Shown piece after piece: positions 37,779 through 47,217 of a stretch of 64,000 nt of DNA. The stretch is taken from positions 34,130 through 98,129 of the forward strand of contig CAIVED010000012.1 in assembly GCA_903904885.1 (NCBI GenBank), read 5' to 3'. A program made the position numbers and the translations under genes. The notes beneath the pieces are model-generated. The model was given only the letters and a program-made list of their open reading frames with translations, was not told where the DNA came from and ran no database searches. Within the stretch, counting starts at the first letter, position 1; each line of letters opens with the position of its first letter. This stretch comes from an uncultured archaeon (GTDB lineage: Archaea; Nanobdellota; Nanobdellia; Woesearchaeales; CAIVOO01).

Positions 37779-38515
37779 AAAAAGGCCAGCTTTGGATTTC
37801 AGCAGTGCTTTACGTTCTGATAGTTGTTGTTGTCATAGTTATTGTACTTGAAGCCCTTACCCCGGTTATTGAAAACCTGAAAGACAAGGCAGTTTTCAAC
37901 AGGATAAGGGACACATTTTTGACGATAAATGAATATGTGAGGGATGTAAGCTCAGAGGGTAGGGGAAGCCAGAGGACCATTCCGGTTGAGATACAGAAAG
38001 GCAGCCTCTCTGTTGAGAGCAATGAAATAAAATGGAACCTTAACACAGAGGCAAACATCCTTGAGCCAAGGACCCAGGTGGAGCTTGGCAATCTCATAGT
38101 TGTTTCAAACGGGGATGTTGATGCCTATGAGACAAATGAAAGCACATTTGTGCTTCGAAATTCCAGGGCATTTTTTGAGTTCTATGAATATGGGTCGCTT
38201 CTTAATTCCACAAACCAGACAAACAGCTCAGGGGGCATCGTTGCATTCAAGGGGTCTTCAATTATAAAAAGGACAGCCTATGCCCAGGGCTCAAATCTCC
38301 TTAACCTTACTCCATCCTATTCATTCTTTGTTCCGCCGGATGATGCGAACACGATGATAAGAGGATATACTGTTTTGCCCAGGACGGGCTCGGGCATTGG
38401 AAAAGCGAATGTTCTTGCCCATGTCAACACAACAAATTATGAATATGACATTGTTTTTACATTAGAAAGCCAGGCAGACTACCTCCAGGTTGACATGGTG
38501 AAGGGGCTGAACTGA
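37748..38515 (+). CDS. Type IV pilin-like protein (class III signal peptide)
   Basis: ...MHMKKGQ|LWISAVLYVLIVVVVIVIV. The true start is probably the internal Met at 37769 or 37775. Confidence 0.55.
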   Translation: MRFGGEPMHMKKGQLWISAVLYVLIVVVVIVIVLEALTPVIENLKDKAVFNRIRDTFLTINEYVRDVSSEGRGSQRTIPVEIQKGSLSVESNEIKWNLNTEANILEPRTQVELGNLIVVSNGDVDAYETNESTFVLRNSRAFFEFYEYGSLLNSTNQTNSSGGIVAFKGSSIIKRTAYAQGSNLLNLTPSYSFFVPPDDANTMIRGYTVLPRTGSGIGKANVLAHVNTTNYEYDIVFTLESQADYLQVDMVKGLN

Positions 38516-38520
38516 GCATT

Positions 38521-38750
38521 TCTTTTTAACAAAATTCCGGTTGCTGGTTCTTGCATTTTTTCAAGCAAATGGCTCAAATAAAATACCGCCTTTTGGTTCT
38601 TGTATTACCCCCGCTATTTTGTCTGCTTCTTCTGCCTGAGTGCCATGCAAGAAATTAGTAATACTTGCCATCGGCAAGTTATGCAAGCCTGGCAATCCGG
38701 GCAGACAGGATAGTCAAGGATGAACGTTAAGGCTTGCCTAGAAAAAGATT
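38521..38750 (+). repeat. Repeat element copy C (forward; its 5' module is duplicated)
   Basis: AAAATTCCGGTTGCTGGTTCTTGCATT..., a second TTTTGGTTCTTGTATTACC, ...GCTTCTTCTGCCTGAGTGCCATGCAAGAAA, hairpin ACTTGCC-ATC-GGCAAGT, GCCTGGCAATCCGGGCAGACAG, ...GGCTTGCCTAGAAAAAGATTTTATTTT. Confidence 0.8.
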
Positions 38751-38793
38751 TTATTTTAGAAAATTTTATATACCAAAAGGGGAAAACACAACC

Positions 38794-39204
38794 ATGAACC
38801 CCGACTGCATCTTCTGCAAGATTGTGAAAGGCGAAATTCCCTGCGCAAAGGTTTATGAGAACCAGAAGTATGTGGCGTTTCTAGACATAACGCCTGTAAA
38901 TCCAGGCCATACGCTTGTTATTCCGAAAGAACACTATGAAGATTTATTGAACACCCCTGATTCTGTTTTGGACGGAATGCTTAATGATTCCAAGAAAATA
39001 GCAAAGGCAGTCCTGAAGGCGGTGGGGGCAGAGGGTTTTAATTTAACGGTAAATGTTGGCCCTGTTTCAGGCCAGGTTGTTCCACACCTTCATATTCACA
39101 TAATGCCCCGCTTTCCTAATGATGGCCATCACCTTTTCAAAGGCGGAGCCTACAAGGAAGGCGAAATTCAGAAGGTTGCTGAGAAGATAAGGCAAAACCT
39201 TTAA
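38794..39204 (+). CDS. HIT family hydrolase (canonical histidine triad)
   Basis: MNPDCIFCKIV... and VPHLHIHIMPR (HxHxHxx). Start moved to the internal Met of ORF 38734..39204. Confidence 0.8.
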   Translation: MNPDCIFCKIVKGEIPCAKVYENQKYVAFLDITPVNPGHTLVIPKEHYEDLLNTPDSVLDGMLNDSKKIAKAVLKAVGAEGFNLTVNVGPVSGQVVPHLHIHIMPRFPNDGHHLFKGGAYKEGEIQKVAEKIRQNL

Positions 39205-39232
39205 AAACCCCCTATTTGACTTCTTTTTATAT

Positions 39233-39351
39233 GTCGGTGTAGCTTAGCCTGGCTATAGCACGAGACTCATAGGAATGAGTGATGAGGCCAAAAGCCGATG
39301 AAAAAACACTAAGAAATCTCGGGGTCGGGGGCTCGAATCCCCCCACCGACA
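39233..39351 (+). tRNA. tRNA-Met (anticodon CAU; elongator Met or Ile2-type) with a 44-nt intron at canonical position 37/38
   Basis: Acceptor GTCGGTG/CACCGAC. Anticodon stem CGAGA/TCTCG. Loop CTCATA[intron]A. T-arm GGGGG-CTCGAAT-CCCCC. G1:C72 and an A/U-containing anticodon stem argue against an initiator. No encoded CCA. Confidence 0.8.
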
Positions 39352-39377
39352 GTTTTAATTAACAGGAGGCAGAAAAC

Positions 39378-39851
39378 ATGAAAAAACTAATCTTAACATT
39401 AATACTCGCAATATTTCTAATGGGCTGCGCAGTGCAATATCATCCGGGCTATATCACTAACAGCTCCAGCACAACAGTTGAGCCGGCTAAAACCGCACCG
39501 GCACCGCAGCCAGTTGTTAAGCAGGCACCTGCTCCTGTTCAGGAAAACAAAACATCGCAGCCAACGAATGTTCAGATTGACCTCAGCCAGGGAAACAAGG
39601 ATTTGGGATATCTGCCGCAGACTGCCACAATTACAAATCTTGTGAAGGGCGGTTCTGTTCAGTTTGGTTCCGTGGGCATAGTAATCGTAGGAATTTACAA
39701 TAACGCAATAACATTAAGAGTTCCAGGAGCCACAATGGGCGACCAGTTTATGATAGCAAAGGGCTCTTCAGAGGGCATAGCCACAAAGGTGGGAACAATA
39801 AGAATAAGCTTCACAGAGCAGAAGACATTATATGTTGAGAAGATAGCATAA
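39378..39851 (+). CDS. Putative lipoprotein, hypothetical
   Basis: MKKLILTLILAIFLMGCAVQ lipobox-like signal. Confidence 0.5.
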   Translation: MKKLILTLILAIFLMGCAVQYHPGYITNSSSTTVEPAKTAPAPQPVVKQAPAPVQENKTSQPTNVQIDLSQGNKDLGYLPQTATITNLVKGGSVQFGSVGIVIVGIYNNAITLRVPGATMGDQFMIAKGSSEGIATKVGTIRISFTEQKTLYVEKIA

Positions 39852-39897
39852 ATACAATTAACAAGTAGCGCCCACCCGCATTATATAATCTTGGCAT

Positions 39898-40353
39898 TTA
39901 AACAGCAATAAAAGATACCAATATGAATTTTACCCAATACCCAATTCTTGAAAAGAAACCCTCTTTTTGGTCTTGTATGACCTTGATATCCCTTGCGAAC
40001 CATCTCTCTCCCCATTCATCTCCTGAAAGAGAGATTACTGCAGTTATAAAATCACCTTTTGAAATTTTTGAAACCTCAGAAAAGTTAGTGTTTTTATGCA
40101 ATATAATAATTTTATCGCCTGAATTGGGAAAACCTTTAAAATCGTCTATTTTTTCAAATTCAGATATGTTAAGTTTTATTTCTGTAGCTTTATTACCTGC
40201 GTATGCTACAACGTTTACATAGGTTACTGTCCCTTTTACAGATCTAAAATTTTCTATAATTGGTGCTGCAAGAACTGGTGCCACAATAAACAACGTTAAT
40301 AAAAAGACGCCTAGGCCTAATAGTAAAACCCGCTTCATGAAACAATTTAGCAT
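39898..40353 (-). CDS. Secreted hypothetical protein
   Basis: N-terminal signal LLLGLGVFLLTLFIVAPVLA. Confidence 0.45.
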   Translation of the reverse strand: MLNCFMKRVLLLGLGVFLLTLFIVAPVLAAPIIENFRSVKGTVTYVNVVAYAGNKATEIKLNISEFEKIDDFKGFPNSGDKIIILHKNTNFSEVSKISKGDFITAVISLSGDEWGERWFARDIKVIQDQKEGFFSRIGYWVKFILVSFIAV

Positions 40354-40387
40354 TCTTCCTTTTTTAAATGTTTACCCGCATATATAG

Positions 40388-40954
40388 TTATATCTGCTGT
40401 ATCCACTGGACCACCCGCTGGGCGGTCTGGTTTATTGCCTGCGGGAGGTTTTCTGCAGCCTGCTGGATTTTCTGTTTTGCAAACTGGATTATGTATGGCT
40501 TCAGGTCAACTCTTTTTTCAAAGGGAATATTGATTTCCAGGAAACTCCAGTCAATAACAGTAAGCGTGCCTGTAACTTTAACATAAGTATTGCCTCTGTT
40601 TATCAGGTTCCAGGCGATTTCAGCAGTTGGGACCCATTTTATTGAATTTGAAAACGGAAAGCTTGCTGTTTTTTGCGGCATTACCAAAGTGCCGTTAACA
40701 ATCCCATTTGCCAGCTCTTTCCCGGAATCTTCAAGAACAACATTATATTCTATTTTGTCAATGCCCACAGGCAAAAATCCGCCATTATGCACAAATATAT
40801 TGCCTCCAAAAACAAATCCTTTCAGGCTTACATCCTGCAAATCATTTACCTGAATGTCTTCGATGCTAATATTATGCAATGCATGAATGTACAAAGAAAT
40901 AATGACTGCAATGAAAACCGCTGCAACAATAACTGATATTTTCCATGCTTTCAT
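40388..40954 (-). CDS. Membrane-anchored hypothetical protein (LEA_2/WHy-like beta domain?)
   Basis: Single N-terminal TM. Family assignment is tentative. Confidence 0.4.
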   Translation of the reverse strand: MKAWKISVIVAAVFIAVIISLYIHALHNISIEDIQVNDLQDVSLKGFVFGGNIFVHNGGFLPVGIDKIEYNVVLEDSGKELANGIVNGTLVMPQKTASFPFSNSIKWVPTAEIAWNLINRGNTYVKVTGTLTVIDWSFLEINIPFEKRVDLKPYIIQFAKQKIQQAAENLPQAINQTAQRVVQWIQQI

Positions 40955-40996
40955 ATGCCCACTTAAAGATTTAGAGTTTATAAATCTGATTGCAAA

Positions 40997-42112
40997 TCAG
41001 CAAACTCTCTCATAAAACTCTTCAGAACCTATCTTCGAATAAACTATCTGCCACAGCTGGTTCTTCTTTGCCCTGAAGGAACCGATGCAGCTGGCAAGAT
41101 AATATTCCCACATTCTATAAAACCGTTCGTCATATTTGCTTTTAATCTTGTCCCAGTTCTTTCTGAAGTTCTCCAACCAGGCCATGAGCGTTTTTTCATA
41201 ATACTGCCCGAAGCTGTGCCAGTCTTCAAGAATAAACAGCCCCTCTGCTGCGGCAGTTATCTGCTTTGCAGATGGCAGGACTCCGTTCGGGAAAATGTAT
41301 TTGTTGAACCAGGGCTCAATTGAATTAACCGAGGCATTCCCCGCAATCGTATGTATCATCATAAGACCCTCATCTTTCAGGCAGCGGTGGACAACTGACA
41401 TGTATTCCCCATAATTTCTCGGGCCAACGTGCTCAAACATCCCTATTGACAGTATCCGGTCAAATTTCTCAGTTATATTCCGGTAATCCTCCAATCGTAT
41501 TTCAACCGGAAGCCCCTTGCATCTTTCTTTTGCCAGGTTGGCCTGCTCTTTTGAGATTGTAATGCCGACAACGCTGACGCCGTATTTTTCTGCCGCGAAT
41601 TTTGCAAAGCTTCCCCAGCCGCAGCCGAGGTCAAGAACTCTCATTCCTTTTTTGAGTTTAAGTTTTTTGCAGATTAAATCAAGCTTCGCTTCCTGCGCCT
41701 CATCAAGAGTTTTCGCATCCTTCCAGTAGCCGCAGCTGTAGCACATTCTCTTGTCAAGCATCAGTTTGTACAAATCATTGCCAGCATCATAGTGCTGCTC
41801 CCCAACCTGCTTTGCCCTTTTTTTATTCTGCATATTGGTAAGTTTCGCCCTTAAAAAAGGCAGGACAATATTCTTCAGCTTGATTGCTTTCTTATCCAGC
41901 TCAGCCCTCAAAATCTTTTCAAAAAAGACATCCAGATGCCTGCAGTCCCACCAGCCATCCATGTACGATTCTCCAAGGGCAAGGGAACCGCCTGCAAGAA
42001 CCAGTTGGTAAAACTTTGGATTGTTAACCTGCATGTCCCCGGGCCTGTTCCCGTTTATCCTTACATCTGCAAGAGAAAGCACTCTTTGGGCTGCGATCCT
42101 GTAATCTTCCAT
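40997..42112 (-). CDS. cfa: Cyclopropane-fatty-acyl-phospholipid synthase family SAM methyltransferase
   Basis: VLDLGCGWGSFAKFAAEKYGVSVVGITISKEQ and overall CFA/mycolic acid synthase co-linearity, 371 aa. Confidence 0.8.
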   Translation of the reverse strand: MEDYRIAAQRVLSLADVRINGNRPGDMQVNNPKFYQLVLAGGSLALGESYMDGWWDCRHLDVFFEKILRAELDKKAIKLKNIVLPFLRAKLTNMQNKKRAKQVGEQHYDAGNDLYKLMLDKRMCYSCGYWKDAKTLDEAQEAKLDLICKKLKLKKGMRVLDLGCGWGSFAKFAAEKYGVSVVGITISKEQANLAKERCKGLPVEIRLEDYRNITEKFDRILSIGMFEHVGPRNYGEYMSVVHRCLKDEGLMMIHTIAGNASVNSIEPWFNKYIFPNGVLPSAKQITAAAEGLFILEDWHSFGQYYEKTLMAWLENFRKNWDKIKSKYDERFYRMWEYYLASCIGSFRAKKNQLWQIVYSKIGSEEFYERVC

Positions 42113-42233
42113 GGAAAAAACGGAAAAATTTCATTTTTTATAAAATTTTTGGTATATACAGTTTATACTTAACAATAATTAAACAGAAAAAATCACAATT
42201 TAAAAAAAAAATACAACCCTTCTTTACGAAGAT

Positions 42234-42425
42234 TTATTCTTTGGATACTCTGACTGCTTTCTTGCCCTTAGGGCTTTCTTCTACGTCAAATGTGACTGAA
42301 TCATTGTCACTCAAATCAACCCCTTCAGTGAGGTCATTTTTGTGCACAAAGTAGTCAATGCCGTCTTCAGCAGTTATGAACCCAAATCCTTTAGTCCTGT
42401 TGAAAAATTTTACTTTACCTTTCAT
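42234..42425 (-). CDS. Cold-shock domain protein
   Basis: MKGKVKFFNRTKGFGFITAEDG...DYFVH (RNP1/RNP2-like motifs). Confidence 0.85.
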   Translation of the reverse strand: MKGKVKFFNRTKGFGFITAEDGIDYFVHKNDLTEGVDLSDNDSVTFDVEESPKGKKAVRVSKE

Positions 42426-42490
42426 TTTGATTTCTCCGGTTAATTACCATGTTTTACTATTAAATTAACAGCCCCCTTTTTAAACATTAC

Positions 42491-42985
42491 CTAGCTTCGC
42501 CCATAAAGGCCAGCCAACTGCCCCCGGGCAAGAACATGCCCTGCCATTGCGCTCTCAACATTCGCTTTTGTTGAATTCTGGCTTAGATTAAGCAAGGTGT
42601 CAATCGCATAGGCATCAAACACATACCTGTGCGTTCCTGATGGAGGGCAGGGCGCAGCGTAATGGTACTTGCCTGCGGAATTCAATCCCTCGGTTCCGGG
42701 AATGCTGTTTTCCAAGATATTTTTCAGGGGAATGTTCCAGACCACCCAGTGGACGAATCCTGAAGCATCAGGGTCTTCAATAAAAAGCACAATGCTCTGC
42801 GCTTCCGGAGGGATGTCCCCAATATTCAGAGGCGGATTTATTCTTTCCCCGTCGCAGGTATACTTTACTGCCAGTTTCCCCTCAAACCCGACTGCAGGGC
42901 TTGTTACGCCCAGCTTTCCTATCTGCCTCTGCTGGGAGCAGCCAATCACAAGAAAAACCAGCAGCAGTATTATCGCCTTTTTCAT
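42491..42985 (-). CDS. PEBP/YbhB-YbcL family protein, lipoprotein-type signal
   Basis: LVIGCSQQ, DPDASGFVHWVVWNIP, HRYVF. Confidence 0.75.
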   Translation of the reverse strand: MKKAIILLLVFLVIGCSQQRQIGKLGVTSPAVGFEGKLAVKYTCDGERINPPLNIGDIPPEAQSIVLFIEDPDASGFVHWVVWNIPLKNILENSIPGTEGLNSAGKYHYAAPCPPSGTHRYVFDAYAIDTLLNLSQNSTKANVESAMAGHVLARGQLAGLYGRS

Positions 42986-43171
42986 GGGACAGGAAATCCT
43001 CTGTGAGATTAAAAATCTATCGCTATTTTTTCAATACTTTTTTCAATACCTTTTTAGGCGCAGGAGGATTTATCCTCGTTTTATAGCACTCATCGCAGTA
43101 GTACTGCGAATTTACCTGGGTGAAGAACCTCTTCTTGCAAAGATTGCAGTACTTTACAATCTTGTAGAATT

Positions 43172-44365
43172 TCAATAGCGTCTCCGGGGTTTTGCAAAGT
43201 TGCCGCCCCTTCTGCCGAATCTCTTCCGGTCTTCAGCTGGGAGCTTAAGCCTTACTTTCTCTATGTAAGGTGCCTGCATTTTTTCCACCTGCACATCATT
43301 GTCCCTCAGGACCCTGCTAAAATTTTCATAGTCCCTGCTTGCGACAAGATTTACTGCAATCCCTTCCTTGCCTGCCCTCGCTGTCCTGCCAATCCTGTGG
43401 ATGTACTGCTTGCTTTCCTTTGGTGCATCATAGTTGTAGATATGGGAAACACCCTTTATGTCAAGCCCTCTGGCAGCAACGTCTGTACAGACAAGAACGC
43501 CTACCTTGCAGGAATGGAAGCTTTCTATTGCCTGGTTTCTCCTGTCCTGGGACATGCCGCCGTGGATTGCCATGGCAGGTATTCCGTTGAACCTGAGATT
43601 GTCAGCAACAAAATCCGTGTTTCTCTGGGTATTGCAGAATACCATTACAAGTCCTGCTCTTTCCTGGTTAAGCAAATGAACAAGCAATGAGAACTTCATG
43701 TTGTCAGGAACATCATAGTAAACCTGGGTGAGTTTCTTCGCGTCTACGTAGACCTCTGCAGAGACTTTCACCGGATCCCTCATGTACCTGGAAGAGATGC
43801 GCTTCAGCTCATCAGTTATTGTGGCTGAAAAAAGCATTGTCTGCCTTTCTTTCGGGCATGCCCTGATTATATGCTCAACATCATCTATGAATCCCATGTC
43901 TGCCATCCTGTCCGCCTCGTCGAGCACAAGGATTTTCACCTTTGAAAGATTGACCGTCCCCCGTTGCATGTGGTCCAGCATCCTGCCCGGTGTTGCTATT
44001 ACAACATCGGCAATCCTCAGTTTCTGCATCTGCGGATTGATTGAAACCCCGCCGTAAACAGCGGCAATTTCAAGCGGCTTGTATTTTGAGAATTTCTTCA
44101 ATGCCTGGGATATCTGCTCTGCCAGCTCCCGTGTGGGAGTCAGAACCAATGCCTGCAAGCCCCTGCCCTTTTCGCAGTGCTGTATTATCGCAGCGCCGAA
44201 TGCCAGGGTTTTGCCTGAGCCGGTCGCAGAGCCAGCTATGACATCCTTCCCTTCAAGAATCATGGGGATTGATTTCTCCTGAATCTCGCTTGGCTTCTCA
44301 AAATGTTCGTCTTTTATAGCTTTTAATACGGGCTCTATAATGCCCAGTTTTCTGAAATTTTCCAT
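43172..44365 (-). CDS. DEAD-box ATP-dependent RNA helicase
   Basis: Q-motif region, GSATGSGKTLAF, PTRELA, DEAD, SAT, HRIGRTARAG. Confidence 0.9.
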   Translation of the reverse strand: MENFRKLGIIEPVLKAIKDEHFEKPSEIQEKSIPMILEGKDVIAGSATGSGKTLAFGAAIIQHCEKGRGLQALVLTPTRELAEQISQALKKFSKYKPLEIAAVYGGVSINPQMQKLRIADVVIATPGRMLDHMQRGTVNLSKVKILVLDEADRMADMGFIDDVEHIIRACPKERQTMLFSATITDELKRISSRYMRDPVKVSAEVYVDAKKLTQVYYDVPDNMKFSLLVHLLNQERAGLVMVFCNTQRNTDFVADNLRFNGIPAMAIHGGMSQDRRNQAIESFHSCKVGVLVCTDVAARGLDIKGVSHIYNYDAPKESKQYIHRIGRTARAGKEGIAVNLVASRDYENFSRVLRDNDVQVEKMQAPYIEKVRLKLPAEDRKRFGRRGGNFAKPRRRY

Positions 44366-44816
44366 AATTTTTTACCAAGAAAAAGACAATTGTTGTCAAA
44401 TGCTCTTTCTTATTTACCTCTTGTTCTTATTGTAAGGGTGCCTCTTTATAAACCTTTCGGTATTTTCACTACTTAGGGGTTACACCACCCAAAGAGAAAG
44501 GACTAGTTGTATTTGCCTTCCTTAGCAAGACCCGAAACCGCTGCCTTAAGCTTGTCTATGGCCTTTTCAATGTCCACAGCCACCTCATCATACATCTTGG
44601 CGCATAGAGGATGGTTTGCCTGTTTGGCATCCTCAATCGCGTGCTTCCTTATGAAGTGCTTCAGCGCAGAAAGCTCATGAATCAGCTTGGTCTTGTCGTA
44701 GTTGCAATCCTCTTTCATTTTCGCCTCTGTAAATACGTGTTCTAATTGTTTTAGTTTATAAATCTTATTGAGATATAAACCAAAAATATAAAAGGAAGGA
44801 TTTTCTTAGTGATTCG

Positions 44817-45380
44817 ATGCAAACCAATCCCTATGACCGTTTCGTAAATGATGACGGCACTAGTTGCAGGGTTTACTACATGGATCTTGGCTGTCCTGAA
44901 CCAGTAATTGAGCAGGTTTTTGAGCCGGCCCGCGATATTGAACTTGGACTTCTGGCAAGTTTATCTGCGCTAGAAATAGACCGCCATGCTAAAAGAGGGG
45001 ACACAGATCTGAAGTGGTTTGAAAATCTTAAAAAACTCCTGCAAAGAAACATGGTAATCCCGGAGCATGCCAGCAACATAAGAATTCGCTTTGTTGACCC
45101 AAATATAGAATCATTGACCCGCGCTCTGGAGGCCACACTCGGAACCAAGTTTTCTGAAAGTGGATACGAATCAATTAAAAAAGCATTCCCTAGAGGAATT
45201 TTTCTGTCAGACAAGGGAGAAGAAGATTTTACAATAGAACTAAGGCAAATGTATGAATTAATGGCAAATTTCAGCCTGCTGTCAAGGGAAGGCAAGGAAT
45301 ATATCGGGAATTTTTGCCTTAATCTTTCAAGGGCCTTCGCCGGAACAAAATCTGTTCCAGCTTGGGCTAACTTTCCATAA
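44817..45380 (+). CDS. Hypothetical protein, paralog A of a tandem pair
   Basis: Shared blocks with the next gene: NDDGTS, GLLASLSALEID, LKKLLQRNMVIPE, EGKEYIGNFCLNLSRAF. Confidence 0.45.
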   Translation: MQTNPYDRFVNDDGTSCRVYYMDLGCPEPVIEQVFEPARDIELGLLASLSALEIDRHAKRGDTDLKWFENLKKLLQRNMVIPEHASNIRIRFVDPNIESLTRALEATLGTKFSESGYESIKKAFPRGIFLSDKGEEDFTIELRQMYELMANFSLLSREGKEYIGNFCLNLSRAFAGTKSVPAWANFP

Positions 45381-45393
45381 CAAGGTATGAAAA

Positions 45394-45969
45394 ATGACTG
45401 GAATATTACGCTGCAAAAATGATGACGGAACAAGCTATTCCTTTATTGAAACCGCTGAAATGGATGAAAAAGGCGACCCGAAAACTGCATATATTTTTGA
45501 TGACTCGCCCATGCAGGAATTGGAGAATCCGGAAGACTTGGGCGGCCTGGCCTCAATCGCTGCAATGGAAATTGACTGGAGTCTTAACGGACAGGATGAC
45601 CAGAAGCTTCAGTATTTCAAGGCATTGAGAAAGCTTTTCAGGAGAAACATTGTTCCTGATGAAAAAATAGATGACCTTGCATTCAATTTGTACCATGACG
45701 ACGAAATCCGGATTATAAGGCGCGCACTTGAAAAGAGCAGTGGTTTGGATTTTTCCTCCGGCAAAACAACAATTAATGAAGTCTGCATGGCTTACATTGA
45801 ACAGATGAGACTGATGTATCAGCTGATGGACCAGTTTGATTCTCTCGCGCCGGAAAAAAAGAAATATCTTCAGCAATTCTGCGGAAATTTATCCAGGGCG
45901 CATATGGCATCTCAACCAAGTCCGCTTGACGAGGGACATCCAAATATACAATATTTAGGTGGGAGATAA
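45394..45969 (+). CDS. Hypothetical protein, paralog B
   Basis: NDDGTS, GLASIAAMEID, LRKLFRRNIVPDE, EKKKYLQQFCGNLSRAH. Confidence 0.45.
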   Translation: MTGILRCKNDDGTSYSFIETAEMDEKGDPKTAYIFDDSPMQELENPEDLGGLASIAAMEIDWSLNGQDDQKLQYFKALRKLFRRNIVPDEKIDDLAFNLYHDDEIRIIRRALEKSSGLDFSSGKTTINEVCMAYIEQMRLMYQLMDQFDSLAPEKKKYLQQFCGNLSRAHMASQPSPLDEGHPNIQYLGGR

Positions 45970-45993
45970 AACGCCATGCCTGAAATATATTAT

Positions 45994-46674
45994 TTAGTTT
46001 ATGAATTTAATTCCTAGTCCTTCTTTCGTATCATTGAGAATTTCTTCCCTGACATCAATTTTAGAATTAAGCCTGTTCTGAATAAGCCACAAATCCGACG
46101 GGACTATCTTTAATTTTTTCAAATCAGATTTGGAAAACCATTTTATGCTTTCCTTTTCCTTTATTTCATTTGTTGGATATACTTTTACAAGGAACAAAAT
46201 GAATGCATTCTTTATTTTTCCATTTTCGCCGTATTTCTCGTGCACAACCGCGTTTACTGAAACAAATTTTGAGTCCAGAAATGTCTTTTCCTTCAATATT
46301 CTCAATGCAGCATTTTTAATCGTCTCGCTTGTCCTGATTCTCCCGCCAACAAGAGACCAGTAGTCCTTGTACGGCCGCTTGTTCCTTTTGACCAGCAGGA
46401 TTTTATTGTTTTTCACGCACAAAATAAGAACCACTGGCAACGGGCTTGTTTCTGAGGATTCTGAAAAATGGGGAATCTGCTTTTCTGACTCTTCTGTCAG
46501 TTCGTAATTTTCCTTGTTCTTGATTAAAACCCCATCAGAAACCATTCTCTTAAGCAGGTATGCCAATTCATTTGACCTGATTTTTGTCTTCTTTTCTATC
46601 TCACTGAATTTCAATTTATCAGCATACAGAAACTGCCTGAAAATCTCGTTTATTTTCCTGTTTTTGCTTATCAT
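45994..46674 (-). CDS. Winged-HTH + NUDIX domain protein
   Basis: N-terminal HTH (SNELAYLLKRMVSDGVL). Nudix-like GGRIRTSETIKNAALRILKEKT. Confidence 0.55.
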   Translation of the reverse strand: MISKNRKINEIFRQFLYADKLKFSEIEKKTKIRSNELAYLLKRMVSDGVLIKNKENYELTEESEKQIPHFSESSETSPLPVVLILCVKNNKILLVKRNKRPYKDYWSLVGGRIRTSETIKNAALRILKEKTFLDSKFVSVNAVVHEKYGENGKIKNAFILFLVKVYPTNEIKEKESIKWFSKSDLKKLKIVPSDLWLIQNRLNSKIDVREEILNDTKEGLGIKFIN

Positions 46675-46714
46675 CTAGTCAAGGAATATTGAGGAAGAAT
46701 TTTTAAACCTTGGG

Positions 46715-47215
46715 TTGGGAAACAAACATATGTACAACCCCGAAAAAGCCCATTATGTCGTCGCCACATGCATTCTTGTTAACGACGGCAGGTTCCTGAT
46801 AGCAAAACGGGCTGCTTTTGAAAAGGCATTCCCAAACAAGTGGACAGTTCCGGGAGGCACGCTTGAAACTTCAGACTACAAAAACCGCCCCCTTGACACA
46901 GGCTGCCAGTGGTACAATATTCTTGAGATTATTTGCAAGAGAGAGCTTGAAGAGGAAGTGGGCATCAAGGTTGACAAAATCAAATATTTGACAAGCTTAA
47001 TATTTATCAGGCCGGACGGAATTCCAACGCTTGTTGCCAGCATGTTTGCCCACACAGAATGCGAAGCAGTTAGGCTGTCTGAAGAATTAACACAGCATGC
47101 CTGGGTGACTTTAGAACAGGCAAAAGATTACGATTTAATTGACGGCATTTACGAAGAATTAGAACTGCTTGAGAAGCATTTGAAGGGCGAAGAACTGGGT
47201 GTTTGGAAGAAATAA
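46715..47215 (+). CDS. NUDIX hydrolase
   Basis: GGTLE...ICKRELEEEVGI Nudix box. Confidence 0.75.
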   Translation: MGNKHMYNPEKAHYVVATCILVNDGRFLIAKRAAFEKAFPNKWTVPGGTLETSDYKNRPLDTGCQWYNILEIICKRELEEEVGIKVDKIKYLTSLIFIRPDGIPTLVASMFAHTECEAVRLSEELTQHAWVTLEQAKDYDLIDGIYEELELLEKHLKGEELGVWKK

Positions 47216-47217
47216 AT

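Noticed and set aside
43022-43177. Possible ~50-aa zinc-ribbon ORF (…YCNLCKKRFFTQVNSQYYCDECYK…) just downstream of the DEAD-box helicase on the minus strand
   Set aside because: There is no ATG start, only a TTG overlapping the helicase stop. C4 zinc-ribbon micro-proteins are real in archaea, but I cannot support this one without expression evidence.
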